A stretch of DNA of 62,251 nt from Octopus bimaculoides (GCF_001194135.2 NC_069001.1:6893821-6956071), one strand, 5' to 3'; shown: positions 1 through 12,763, counted from the stretch's first letter. Translations and numbers: made by a program. Notes: a model not told the origin generated them from the letters alone.

Positions 1-19
1 ACCACCACCACCACCATTA

Positions 20-515
20 GGGGTGATTGCTGTTTCGTGACACTGAGTGTTCTGTGGTGACGAGACTGCAGTCGGCACATTAAAGGATGAGTGCCCCTGG
101 AAATAATAAAATAATAGCCTTATTGATTGCAAAGCCCAATAAAATGTTCAGTTGTTCAGATCCCGAGGGATCTCTGGATCGCTGTAGACACAAATAAACA
201 GATAATGCACGGAGAAGAAATCAGTGTTCGCATTAAACTTAATATACATATTGCTTCTCAATCACCGAGGATGCTTCAATCTTGTAGCTTGCCCTCTGCA
301 CAACATGGCTGCCGCACTCTATCAACAGACGACAGGAAAGGACGAATGTATGATTCAGTGAGGGATTGCGTTTAGGTCTGCCATCAATATGCTTTTCAGA
401 GAAGGAACAAACAGATCGATGGTGATGCCGAAAACTTGTACGTTGTCCTTTTCGATAGAGTTATTACATCTTCAACAGATTCATTGGGATATATACCCGA
501 TAGTGAGAGTAACTC
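20..515 (-). mobile_element. Possible highly degraded CR1/L2-like LINE 3' relic ending in a (TGG)n tail
   Basis: Broken minus-strand frames give KDNVQVFGITIDL and SYIRPFL...VDRV, resembling the C-terminal RT motifs of CR1-group LINEs (VKILGVTID; YKxxIRPxL; LDRVQ). Many stops and frameshifts. Confidence 0.3.
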
Positions 516-792
516 TGTATGTGTGTGCGTGCGTATGTGTGTGTGTATTAGATAATAAAACGCATGGTTTATACCTGATAGCTTACTGTATGTATGTATG
601 TATGTATTTATGAATGTATGCATGTATGTAATAATATAAATAATATATAAATATATGCATATATCCATACATATATATACATACCTACATCTATATGTAT
701 ACATACATGCATATATGGGTACAGGACATAAAAAAAAAAACGTTAAACGCGATGAGAAACTGGGCGCATTCAATCGGTTAGGTTTGCTTACA

Positions 793-918
793 TCGGAGCC
801 TCGTGGAGCTTTAGGCGTTTTCGCTCAATAAACACTCACAACGCCCGGTCTGGGAATCGAAACCGCGATCCTACGACCGCGAGTCCGCTGCTCTAACCAC
901 TGGGCCATTGCGCCTCCA
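793..918 (-). mobile_element. tRNA-derived SINE, type D head (5' part)
   Basis: Reverse complement TGGAGGCGCAATGGCCCAGTGGTTAGAGC...GGTTTCGATTCCCAGACCGGGCGTTGTGAGTG has pol III A-box and B-box motifs; homologous to 20361-20605. Confidence 0.85.
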
Positions 919-1059
919 TACAACTCGAGTACCACTCTCTGAATTACGGTGGTTAGTACCGAGTGACAAGCTGATGCAAGATGACTAGTAATCACGTGAG
1001 ACCCAGGGTTTTACATCAGTGTTTCCCCTCTTCTCTCGAACCAGACAAAAAGTGCAAGA

Positions 1060-1400
1060 TTAGGTGCAGTTGACATTTTTGTTTACCTGGACAATATGTT
1101 GTTAAGAGATAGCTCCCCAGGTGCAGATATACATCTTACGCATTTTGTTTATCTGAGCAGTATGTTGTTAAGAGATGGCTCCCCAGGTGAAGAAATATAT
1201 TTACGCATATGGCGGTTCACGTATTTACGCATATGGCGGTTCACAGGGATCATATCTCACAAACTGATACGATCAATCCAGTGGAAGTCACAACCTGTGT
1301 CTGTCACCTATGCTTCAAAACATGCAGATCTACAGCGACACAGAACAGTCATCGGAGATTTGCTTCTGACGAGTCACATTTACTGCTGAGCACTTTATAG
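1060..1400 (+). mobile_element. RTE-like LINE 3' relic with C-terminal Zn knuckle and internal 66-bp and 24-bp tandem duplications
   Basis: Frame 1209-1400 encodes CHLCFKTCRSTATQNSHRRF (C-x2-C-x12-H), like the terminal knuckle of RTE-clade ORF2. Direct repeats start at 1095/1161 and 1198/1222. Confidence 0.45.
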
Positions 1401-1655
1401 CTGCGAAACCAATGATCACTTTCTGATTAGCTATAACTTTTAACTTACTCTCATGGCTGGCCGCCCACACTTTTTTCTGCAAAATAGGGGTAGCTTATCC
1501 TGTTCAGGCTATATTATTAGCATTATCCTGCATTTGAGAATTTAAAATCACTTCTTTAACTTTCTAAAGACATCTCAACGCTTCTAAAAGCAAACTTCGT
1601 TTGTTTGGTTACGTTTATCGTAATTTGAATTTTAACTTACTAATATATATATATA

Positions 1656-1912
1656 GTGGAGGCGCGTGGCTTAGTGGTTAGGGTGTCAGCACTATGATCG
1701 TAAAATTGTGGTTTCGATTCCTGGACCGGGCGACGCGTTGTGTTCTTGAACAAAACACTTCATTTCACGTTGCTCCAATCCACTCAGCTGGCAAAAATGA
1801 GTAAGCCTGCGACGGACCGGCGTCCCGTCCAGCTGGGGAACACATACGCCATTGAAACCGGGAAACCGGGCCCATGAGATTGGCTAGGCTTTAAAAGCGC
1901 GCATTTATTTTA
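1656..1912 (+). mobile_element. tRNA-derived SINE type B (CORE-like centre), near full length, inserted in (TA)n
   Basis: A box TGGCTTAGTGG, B box GGTTTCGATTCC, centre GTGTTCTTGAACAAAACACTTCATTTCAC, tail CCTGCGACGGACCGGCGTCCCGTCCAG. TAATATATATAT flanks both sides as a TSD-like repeat. Confidence 0.9.
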
Positions 1913-1943
1913 TTTTTAATATATATATATACACATTGATATA

Positions 1944-2095
1944 CATCGGGCTCCTTTCAGTTTCCATCTACCACATTCGCTTCCAAGGCTCTAATCGACT
2001 CGGGGTATGTTTGAAGACAGTCACCCAAAGGGTTTCGCTGTAGGACTAGGACTGAACCGGAAACCATATAGTTGACTGACAAATATCTTACCGCT
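1944..2095 (-). mobile_element. Degraded SINE type C head
   Basis: Similar to 17690-17852 and 27272-27437 (CTTTCAGTTTCC-TCTACC; ACTGAACC-GGAACCAT motifs). Confidence 0.65.
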
Positions 2096-2179
2096 CCGAT
2101 AGAGTGTAACTATACTCCCTGTTGAGGTTTCAACAGGGAGTATAGCTACTCCTTGACGGAGTTTCAACATCAATGTATC

Positions 2180-2819
2180 AGAGTGTGTGTATAAGTGTAT
2201 GCGTGTGTGTGTAAATGGGTGCGCGCGCGCGTATGCATGCATGCGCGCGCGTGTGTGTGAGATACAGTTCAGAAGTAAGCCTAGCTGGGGTCAACAAACA
2301 CACAAACCACCTTTGTCCCTTACAACATTGTCAAAAATCTGTTCTTTTTTCCACATCTGTTACCACAAAACTGTGTGTAAACGCCACACCGAAACCGTTA
2401 TGTGCGAACGCGCGTGTTTCCGTGTGTGTGTGCGCATGTGCATGTGTATGAATGTGCGCGCGCATGTGCCTTGGTGTGTGTATGTGTGTGTGTGTGTATG
2501 TATAAGTGAGTGTGTGTATATGTTTGTGCGTGTGGTTGTGTGTATGACTGTACGTCCTTGAATGCGCCTGCGTCACTGACCGCGTGTATACGTGTGACAA
2601 TGTGTGTGCGCGCATGCATATAAACGGGTGTGTGTCGGTGCGCGTGCGTGTATGCGTGCGTGCATCAGTTACTCTGCTTGTGTATATGTGTATGTGTGTG
2701 TGTGTGTGTGTGTCCCTGCAATATGTAGGTAAGCATGCACTTATGATTTGAGTGTGTACCGTTGTAATCGTGTGTGCACGCTTGCATATGTGTGCACACG
2801 TGTATGCGATCCTGTGGAA

Positions 2820-2864
<45 letters not shown>

Positions 2865-3013
2865 TACATGTCTGTGAGTGCGTTGACTGCATATGTTTAC
2901 GTGTATATGTGTGTATGTGCGTGTGCATGTGTGTGTGTGTGTCTGCGTATATGTGTGTAGATGTGATTGTATGTGTGCATGTGTTTGCGTGTGTATGCAT
3001 GTGTGTATGCGGC

Positions 3014-3053
<40 letters not shown>

Positions 3054-3263
3054 TGTCTGTCTGTATATGTGTGTGTGTATGTGTGTGTGTGTGCGTGCGT
3101 GTTTAACAATTATCGGCAACCAAATAAAAGAATGAAAGAAAGATAAATGTCAGTGTGGGAGGAGGAGGAGGAGGAGGAGGGGGGAGTGGGGGATAAGAGG
3201 AAGAAGGAAACATGTTGGTTGTGGGTAGAGAGAGGATAGATGGTGATAGCGGGGGAGAGAGCT

Positions 3264-3294
<31 letters not shown>

Positions 3295-3430
3295 NNNNNN
3301 NNNNNNNNNNNNNNNNNNNNNNNNNNNNNNNNNNNNNNNNNNNNNNNNNNNNNNNNNNNNNNNNNNNNNNNNNNNNNNNNNNNNNNNNNNNNNNNNNNNN
3401 NNNNNNNNNNNNNNNNNNNNNNNNNNNNNN

Positions 3431-3474
<44 letters not shown>

Positions 3475-3693
3475 AGAGAGAGAGGGGGGAGAGAGAGGGA
3501 GAGAGAAACTGAAAAATAGGGAGAGAGAAAAAGAGAGAGAGAATAAGATAAAGAGTGATAAAAGACAGAAAGACAGCGATACAGAGACAGAATGACAGGG
3601 CAGAGAGAGGGGGAGGGAGAGAGAGAAAGAGAGAGAGAGATGTAACTTATACAAAATTTTCTAAGATATAGACGTATATATATTGACAGAGAA

Positions 3694-3720
<27 letters not shown>
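2180..3720. repeat. Compound (TG/CA)n, (TA)n, (GA)n microsatellite field
   Basis: Directly visible dinucleotide tracts; source of the [12 protein letters not shown] pseudo-ORFs. Confidence 0.95.
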
Positions 3721-3724
<4 letters not shown>

Positions 3725-4139
3725 CACACAAGATCACAACGTTGAAGAAATCAAAGCCCAAAGACAGTTAACAGAAAAAGACAGAAGATAAAAAATGTCG
3801 TCAGATAGACCAGAAGGAATGCTGTTATTGTTATCGTTGTTGCTGTAATTATTGTTGTTATTGGTGGTGGTGGTGGTGGTTGTTGTGGTGGTGGTAACAG
3901 TAGTGCTCCTGCAGTAGTGTTTATCCTTATTGTTGCTGTTGTATTTTTTCTTAATTTTAAGTAGAAGGCGAAAAGCCGTCTGTTTTGTCGTCAAGCTCCG
4001 TGACAAATTGTCTTCACAATACATCAAAAGAATTGACCAGCGGATTTAGTCACGTGTAGTGTGCAGATTACGTCTGCTTTCAACCAAACTTACTACTTAT
4101 TATCTAACCACAAACCACTGTTAGATTGTCCCCGTGTGT

Positions 4140-4241
4140 TGTGTTTGTGTGTGTGTGAGAGAGAGAGAGTGTGTGTGTATGTATGTGTGTGTTGCGCATG
4201 TGGTCGTGGTGTTGGTGACAGAATAAGTGTTTGTGTATATA

Positions 4242-4272
<31 letters not shown>

Positions 4273-4331
4273 GTATGTATGTGTATATATATATATATAT
4301 ATACATATATACACACACATATATATATATG

Positions 4332-4366
<35 letters not shown>

Positions 4367-4466
4367 GCATATATGTGTGTATGTGTGTATATATGTATGT
4401 ATGTGTATATATATATATATATACATATACACACACACACATATATATATACATATATATATATAC

Positions 4467-4502
<36 letters not shown>

Positions 4503-4732
4503 GCATATTTATATTCAAATATACATTTTATACAATGTATATATGTATGTGTGTGTGTGTATTATATATATATATACGTATATACATATACATATATATG
4601 TATATAATATATATATGTATATATATATATGTATATATACACATATACATGTATATAATATATATATATACATATACATACTTATATACTTACAAACATA
4701 TATATATGTGTGTGTATGTATGTACGTATGTA

Positions 4733-4793
<61 letters not shown>

Positions 4794-4800
4794 ACGTGTT
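4140..4800. repeat. (TA)n/(TG)n compound microsatellite
   Basis: Directly visible. Confidence 0.95.
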
Positions 4801-5320
4801 TGTTTGGGATTTACTTTTTCTTCTTACAAAGTATGGTTTTTTTTTTTCAGTCCCACGCGGCGCCCATCGAAATAATGGTAGTTGCCACTTCATATAATAG
4901 TAAATAATATCTCGCCATATTCCTTCTTTCACCGATGATGGTATATTCTTCAGACCCGATGGTTTGGAAATGTGGTATATATTTTTTTATTCCTTGTTCT
5001 AACCAAGCAAACCATAACACCCGCTGCCACCGCCGCCACCACTACCACCACTACCACCAACAACAACCGTTAGCCCTCCGCCATCCACCCTGCCTCCGTT
5101 TTCCCCCAAACCAGTTTATTGTTGGTATTTCTTAATCTTTGTATGTTTAATTGTCTTTTTAATGACCTAAACGTGTCTTTAATCACGTGTCTTTAATCAG
5201 TGACTTTTGACTAAAGTCAAAAACCTGGCCAAATCTGTTTCCAGTTGAAATTTTACAACAGAAGTTTAATTTTTTCTCCAGTTTTTCTGCTTCATTTTTT
5301 ACTTAAATATAATAAACATA

Positions 5321-5351
<31 letters not shown>

Positions 5352-5412
5352 TATGTATGTGTGCGTGTANNNNNNNNNNNNNNNNNNNNNNNNNNNNNNN
5401 NNNNNNNNNNNN

Positions 5413-5487
<75 letters not shown>

Positions 5488-5950
5488 TATGTGTATATGT
5501 ATATAGATACATATTACACGTTTGATAATATATATATATATACATATATACATACGTATATGTACATACATCTATACGTATAAATATATGGATATGTGGG
5601 CACAGGACGTCACGAAACGTGTACAACAAAAAATGCGAAGCACGTGTACGTGGGATATGAACTATTTTTTCGAACAACGGAAGGCACAAATGGAAACAAG
5701 ACAAACGACATAAAAAAACGACCCTTCATCAGTTGTTGGCTGTTTTTCTACTCTCGTATTTCGAGCATTTATATACATATATATAAATACAAATAATCAG
5801 AAAATGGAGAAGACCTCAGATTAACAAACAATGATTGGACCACATCTATAGCGTATTTTTTAATACTAAGTTTGATATAACAAGTCTAGATTTGTATTAC
5901 CATTTTAAAGAATCTAGAATTTATGTTGTATGATATTTATATACCTGTAA

Positions 5951-6410
5951 GGCAGCTAGCTGGCAGAAACGTTAGCACACTGTTAGAAAGCGGTAAGTTG
6001 GCAGAAACGTTAACACGCCGGGCGAAATGCTTAACGGTACTTCGTTCTAAGTTCAAATTCTGACGAGGTCGACTTTGCCTTTCATCCTCTCGGAGTCGAT
6101 AAATTAAGTTCCAGTTACGCACTGGAGTCGATGTAATCGACTTAATCCCGTTGTCTGTCCTTGTTTGTCCCCTCTATGTTTAGCCCCTTGTGGGCAATAA
6201 AGAAATAAGAAACGTAAGCACACCGGGCGAAATGCTTAGCGGTATTTCGTCTGCCTTTACGTTCTGAGTTCAGATTCCACCGAGGTCGAATTTATCTTTC
6301 ATCCCTTCGGTGCCAATAGATAAAGTACCAGTTGCGTACGGGATTCGATCTAATCGAATGGCCGCCTCCCCCCAAAATTTCGGGCCTTGTGCCTATAGTA
6401 GAAAAGTATA
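5951..6410 (+). mobile_element. Nested or tandem cluster of SINE type A (head fragment, full copy, second copy with alternative tail)
   Basis: GCTGGCAGAAACGTTA occurs twice, followed by CCGGGCGAAATGCTTA, GTTCTGAGTTCAAATTC and AAGTACCAGTT. Tails are TTGTCTGTCCTTGTTTGTCCCC...AATAAAGAAATAAG and CCCCCAAAATTTCGGGCCTTGTGCCTATAGTAGAAA. Confidence 0.9.
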
Positions 6411-6454
6411 TTTCATATACACGCCACGGATCACTTATTTTTCTTAGCTTATAC

Positions 6455-6541
6455 TTGCTTCTTGGCTCATACGTGCCACGCAGGGGGACTGAACGCGGAA
6501 CCATGTGGTTGGGAAGCTAGCTTCTTACCACACAGCCACGG
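6455..6541 (-). mobile_element. SINE type C head fragment
   Basis: GGAACCATGTGGTTGGGAAGC..CTTCTTACCACACAGCCAC matches the other type C copies. Confidence 0.8.
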
Positions 6542-6554
6542 TTTTGCGTTCTGA

Positions 6555-6617
6555 GTTTCACCTGTAGGTGCAAAGGCTCTTCAGGTAATAAAGATCTTGT
6601 GCATCTACAGGTGAAAC
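6555..6617 (+). ncRNA. Candidate pre-miRNA-like hairpin
   Basis: 27 positions pair without bulges (25 paired including 2 G-U, 2 mismatches) around a 9-nt loop. Structure only; no expression evidence. Confidence 0.3.
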
Positions 6618-6722
6618 GTAGAGCAGTAAGAGACTGCGTAATATAGGAGTCATCCCCAGACGCTAGTTGGCAGCGAACCGATGAATAAACAAAACACATA
6701 CTTTTAGTATGTGCAGTCGATA

Positions 6723-6795
<73 letters not shown>

Positions 6796-6907
6796 TGTGT
6801 GTGTGTGTGTAAATATCTATATGTATATGTATGGATGAATGGATGGATGTTTGTATGCATGTATAGAATATAATATAAAAGTACATATATATNNNNNNNN
6901 NNATATA

Positions 6908-6944
<37 letters not shown>

Positions 6945-8033
6945 TGCTAGTTCCTGTGGTACATACGCAATAGCCTCCACCTTCGCCATCACGTCCACCA
7001 GTAAAAAGACGACTCTCTCCACCCTCTACGTCTGTCTGTGTCACTGCCAATACAGTCAGCCACCCGGCCATCCGCTTGTCCACACGACTACCCGCCTTCC
7101 ACTTCCTGCAATACAGCGCCATCTGGTACTTAAGTTTAAGACAATCGTCGAGGCGGTGGCGGTGGCAGTGCAGACGGATTGTGGTGGTGGTGTTGGTGGT
7201 GGTGGTAGTGGTGATGGTGGTGGTAGTAGTGTTGGTGTTGGCCGTGGTAATGGGGGTGCGCTGATGGTGGTGCAGGTTATGGTGCTGCTGTTGGAGGTGA
7301 TGGTGGTAATGGTGATGGTATTGGTGGTGGCGGTGTTGGTGATGGTGGTGGTGGTGGTTGTAGAGTTACGACGGTGGTTGCCGGGNNNNNNNNNNNNNNN
7401 NNNNNNNNNNNNNNNNNNNNNNNNNNNNNNNNNNNNNNNNNNNNNNNNNNNNNNNNNNNNNNNNNNNNNNNNNNNNNNNNNNNNNNNNNNNNNNNNNNNN
7501 NNNNNNNNNNNNNNNNNNNNNNNNNNNNNNNNNNNNNNNNNNNNNNNNNNNNNNNNNNNNNNNNNNNNNNNNNNNNNNNNNNNNNNNNNNNNNNNNNNNN
7601 NNNNNNNNNNNNNNNNNNNNNNNNNNNNNNNNNNNNNNNNNNNNNNNNNNNNNNNNNNNNNNNNNNNNNNNNNNNNNNNNNNNNNNNNNNNNNNNNNNNN
7701 NNNNNNNNNNNNNNNNNNNNNNNNNNNNNNNNNNNNNNNNNNNNNNNNNNNNNNNNNNNNNNNNNNNNNNNNNNNNNNNNNNNNNNNNNNNNNNNNNNNN
7801 NNNNNNNNNNNNNNNNNNNNNNNNNNNNNNNNNNNNNNNNNNNNNNNNNNNNNNNNNNNNNNNNNNNNNNNNNNNNNNNNNNNNNNNNNNNNNNNNNNNN
7901 NNNNNNNNNNNNNNNNNNNNNNNNNNNNNNNNNNNNNNNNNNNNNNNNNNNNNNNNNNNNNNNNNNNNNNNNNNNNNNNNNNNNNNNNNNNNNNNNNNNN
8001 NNNNNNNNNNNNNNNNNNNNNNNNNNNNNNNNN

Positions 8034-8634
8034 ATCTGGACATTGCACGAGTGCGTGCAGAACGGTTTCGTCGCTCTGACCGCATCTCGGGCAGGTCGGT
8101 CCGGTGGTTTTCGAACCGTGCCTGTAGATCTTCTCTCGAACTGGTAGTGCGTCCCGATAGCATTGCCAAGCCAGAGATCTCTGGCAGTTATCCATAGGCC
8201 TCAGCACGAACGTCGTCCTGAAAAGGCGGGTTAGGAATTTCTCGTCGACACCCAGGTTTGCCCAGAGTGTGTCGTCGGACCTCCCCTCCAGTAGTCCACT
8301 ATAGAACGCATTGGTCGTTTGGAAGTTGCACAAGTTTGATCCCGGACAGCAGAGCTGCTGTAGAGCTTGGCGACACTCGCAGTGCCAATCGCCCAGTTTC
8401 AGTCTCTTTTTGATCCATGTTTGCAGTTCGTTAAGTGAGACGAGCTGCGGGAAGGCGCGCCTCACGAACGGCGTCCACACCTGTTCACCGTCGTCAATGA
8501 AGTTCGAGAGATTCCGCAGTCTCAGCGTTTGTCTGCGCATCATTAACCACAGCACCCCCAGTCCTCCATCTAACGGACGTTGACAGCAAATGGATCGCCT
8601 CACCATCGGAACGCCACCCTTCCGCAGAAAGCGG
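8034..8634 (-). mobile_element. Tx1/L1-clade LINE ORF2 C-terminal fragment (post-RT region and zf-RVT)
   Basis: Open frame FLRKGGVPMVRRSICCQRPLDGGLGV...LAWQCYRDALPVREKIYRHG...CPRCGQSDETVLHALVQC carries the GGLG motif and the CxxC...ETxxH...C knuckle typical of L1/Tx1. It runs into a gap. Confidence 0.9.
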
Positions 8635-8654
8635 AAGAGTATACATTCTAGTCT

Positions 8655-8663
8655 TCTGATAGT

Positions 8664-8716
<53 letters not shown>

Positions 8717-8757
8717 CCGGGCGAAATGCTTAGCGGTATTTCGCCTGNNNNNNNNNN

Positions 8758-8795
<38 letters not shown>

Positions 8796-8850
8796 CCGGG
8801 CGAAATGCTTAGCGGTATTTCGCCTGCCGCTACGTTCTGAGTTCAAACTC
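8655..8850 (+). repeat. (GATA)n tracts with SINE type A head fragments
   Basis: GATA repeats followed by CCGGGCGAAATGCTTAGCGGTATTTCG, twice around a 10-N gap. Confidence 0.8.
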
Positions 8851-9558
8851 CCAACTAACCAAATAGGCATAATTATATATACACACACACTCGTATACCA
8901 ATAAACCAACCACAGCCACACAACACAATGTATAAATATATACACATGCCAACAGTCCAAGTACGTGACATGTTGTTAACCCCATCTGTCCAACACTCAT
9001 TTTGCCAATGAAAGGTCGCAGTTTTGAGCGACGAAAATGTTGACGCCATTTTAGTAATAAATGTTTCAGTGAAGTTAATGGTCTTTTTGTATTTCTAAGT
9101 CGTTAACTTATGTCTTTCACAGAGCAATCGCTTTAGTTTCAACACCAGGATCTCAGATCAAAACACTTGCTATGCATATATGATACATCTCCGTAAACCC
9201 AACATTTATTACATACAAAAATAAGAGGAATGACCAGCAAAAGTGGACTCCTATATGCTAGAAATAGATGCCGAATCATCTAACCACGAAAAAAAATATG
9301 TTCTCAGTAAAAAATTTAGCAACACAACAGACTGTAAAAGGGTAAGACAAATGAAAAAATACTAAATAAAAAAACGATTAACCTACGTACCATGGTTTCA
9401 CCTGTTAAAATTTACATAGGTAAATATCTGCAGGATCATCAGCGTAGTCTGTCGATTTGAAATATAATTCCCAGAACTAGACACAAGGCGTCCACCCCAA
9501 AGGGAGCACGTGTAGAGTTCTACAAATTACATTCAGTGTATCCCATCAAATGTCCTCA

Positions 9559-9623
9559 TTCAGTACATTTTTATGTACATTTCAGTACATTTTTATGTAC
9601 ATTTCAGTACATTATTATGTACA
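9559..9623. repeat. 22-bp minisatellite x3 with internal dyad
   Basis: TTCAGTACATTTTTATGTACAT at 9559, 9581 and 9603 (third copy variant). Confidence 0.95.
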
Positions 9624-10110
9624 AACACAGACATAACAACAGTCCAGCCAGCCGCGCAACATGCAAGTAAGAACAGATGTCCATCACACATCACATGACT
9701 GTTTATAGCTTAAGATTACACCTCGAAGCTCTCCTACTTGGAGAGACGACAAACAGCAGCAATAACAAAAATAACGACAATTATAACAAAGAAACGACCA
9801 TTAATATTACCGCACAACAATAATAGTAACCACAATTATTCAACATTGAATCTTGATATTAAGCATTAAAAACACACCCACTTTCAATTCTACATAAATA
9901 CTTACATACATGCATATATATGTATATATACATACGTATAATATAAATACACACATATATACAATACATACGTACATATATATATATATGGGAGAATGTA
10001 CGAAAAAACAACAACAGACGAGGACAGGTGGTGTAAACAACAAAAGGATGTATTAGTATGACGCTCGGGAATACGGAATATATATATATGTATAAACATG
10101 CACACATATG

Positions 10111-10156
<46 letters not shown>

Positions 10157-11129
10157 TATGCATACACACACACATATGTATGTATGTATGTATGTATATA
10201 TTCATATACATATACATATAAAATGTATATATATGCATAGATACATAATTCAACATTCACGAACATTATTGGCAACTAATAAAAGACCTTTGACTTTGGT
10301 ACATTTATCCATGTATACCTCCTTTCTTTCTAATGTTGTCGTCATTATCGTTAATTTTGTTGCCATTGTTGTTGTTGTTGTTGTTGTTGTTTCTGTCCAA
10401 AATGAGAGAATTCCAAAATGATTTTGTAAGCTTTATATCATTTTTAACGCCACTAATTATATTTCTTAATCCACAGAGAGAAAATGAAGAAGAAGAAGAT
10501 GATGATGATGATGGTGGTGATGATGACAGGCAGGCCATCAGACAAGCAGCCAGCCAGCCAGACAGACAAGCAGACAAACAGACAGGCAAAGCAGATAAAC
10601 ACAAAAACCTCAAAGAAGAACAAAAACTATGAAAATACTATTTAATTTTTTTTAATGTTTTGAAGCAAGCTATGGGCTTGCCTCTTACTTCAAAATGACT
10701 CCCATTAAAAGTAAAAAAAAAATTTAAATGCTACGCCCCCCCCCTTCTCTCTCTCCTTCTTTCTCTCTCTCTCATACACACACACACATTATTTATTTTT
10801 ATTTTATTTCATTTTTTACCACCATTATCACACTATATTCAGCCGGTGAAAGTCTTTTGTCTGTCCCTTTGTCACAGTTATTCCTCACAGCCAACATGCG
10901 ATATGGTAACAAAAATTAAAATACTCCTCTTTCTTTTTCTCTTGCTTTCTTTCTTTCTTTCATTTTTCAGAGATATTTTCTTTCTTTTTTTTTTGTTATT
11001 ATATTTTATTTATTTTTTCGTCATTATTTCACTTTTTTTTAATGTGGCGTTGTTTTGGTTTTAGAGTTCTACTTTAAAGAGTTTTTTTCTCTTCTTTATT
11101 AATTAAAAAAATCCCACCGAACTATACTT

Positions 11130-11133
11130 TTAA

Positions 11134-11170
<37 letters not shown>

Positions 11171-11666
11171 TCAACATAACAAGTACGCACGTTTTATGGC
11201 TCAGAGCCAATATCAAATATGAAAAAAAATATGGCAATGGATGAAGAATTTAATTTAGACTTGGTCTTTTGAAAATGGAAATAAATGAAAAATAATAATC
11301 AAATGAATATAAAATAAAACAAAGAATAAATATATCATTAAAAATTGAAATAAATGGAAATAAAAATAACGAAGCAAAAAATATATATATATATATAAAA
11401 ACGCACAAGAAATAAATATAATTAAATTACATAAAATATTACAAAAAAATATAATGTATGATAGATGATGATGATGACGACGACGATGATGATAATGATG
11501 ATGAATACGACGACGATAGTGACGGGGATGATGATGATGATGATGATGATGAGGATGATGATGATGACGATGGTGATGATGACGATGATGACGATGAAGA
11601 TGCTGCTGTTGCAGATGATGATGCCGTTGACGATAAAATGATGATGATAATGATAATAATAGGAGC

Positions 11667-11713
<47 letters not shown>

Positions 11714-11715
11714 CA
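11130..11715. repeat. (AAT)n and (GAT/GAC)n microsatellites in AT-rich DNA
   Basis: Directly visible. Confidence 0.9.
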
Positions 11716-11775
11716 GATATACATTTGTCGGAAATATAATTTCAGTAAAATAACTAAAAATAAATAATCAAAATA

Positions 11776-11806
<31 letters not shown>

Positions 11807-12074
11807 CAGTCCAAAAAATTAATAGTCATAAGTGAAAAATATAAAAAAAAGAAATGAAGGCTATATTTTTCCAGTAATAATTACTAGAATGAGTGCAAAG
11901 TTTGGTTGGTAATGCCAACATCTGCCTGTTCAATTATCATTCGTTGGTTCGATCTACAGACGTTGCTGATAGCTTTGTTTAGTGGAGACCTTTTCACCTT
12001 AAATTGATTAGAAACGGCCACAGATCTATTTGGGTTAGTTAACAATAAAGCCACAGTACTGCTAACAACTGGTA

Positions 12075-12077
12075 TGC

Positions 12078-12153
<76 letters not shown>

Positions 12154-12388
12154 TTATGTGTGCCTGTGGCTGTGAACGTGTGTGCTGGTGGGTGGGTTTT
12201 AATGTGCAAGTGTACGTAGGCTTGTGCGCGCGAAGGTGTTGGTATATATGAGTGCTGTTTGTGTGTGTGTGTGTGTGTGTGTGCGTGTGTATTGTTTGTG
12301 TTTGTGGGTTTGCCTGTGCTGTTATGTGTGAATGTATGTGTTGTATGTGGTTCTTAGTGTATGAGGACATGTAGGCCTATGTGCCTAT

Positions 12389-12436
<48 letters not shown>

Positions 12437-12732
12437 GTATAAGTATGTGTTACTTTGTAATGGTCTGTGCATGTGTGTTTGTGTTGTGTTTGCTTGCATG
12501 TGTAAATGTGAGAGTGAATGTGTGAGTGTTCGTGTGTGCGTGAGTATGTGTGTATATTGGTTTGTGTTGGTGTGTGTGTGTTCGTTCGTGGGTGTATGTG
12601 TGTGCGTTATTCTTGATGTGTGTTTGTGTATGTGGGGTTGTTAGAGTGTGTGGATGTGTTTGTTATTGGGTGTATCTATGTGGTTGTGAGTATACGTGTA
12701 TGTATATGCACACATTGATGTGAGTGCGTATT

Positions 12733-12763
<31 letters not shown>

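Noticed and set aside
1366-1420. CTGACGAG...CGAAAC as a hammerhead ribozyme
   Set aside because: Stem II pairs for only about 2 bp and no complementary NUH-bearing stem III was found.
1656-1730. SINE heads as tRNA genes (all type A-D heads)
   Set aside because: They keep A and B boxes but lack a closed cloverleaf and continue into shared non-tRNA bodies.
8700-8830. Duplicated GATA plus SINE head around a 10-N gap (also 14297-14335, 6890, 61720)
   Set aside because: Identical sequence on both sides of a minimal gap is the signature of unmerged contig overlap, not a biological duplication.
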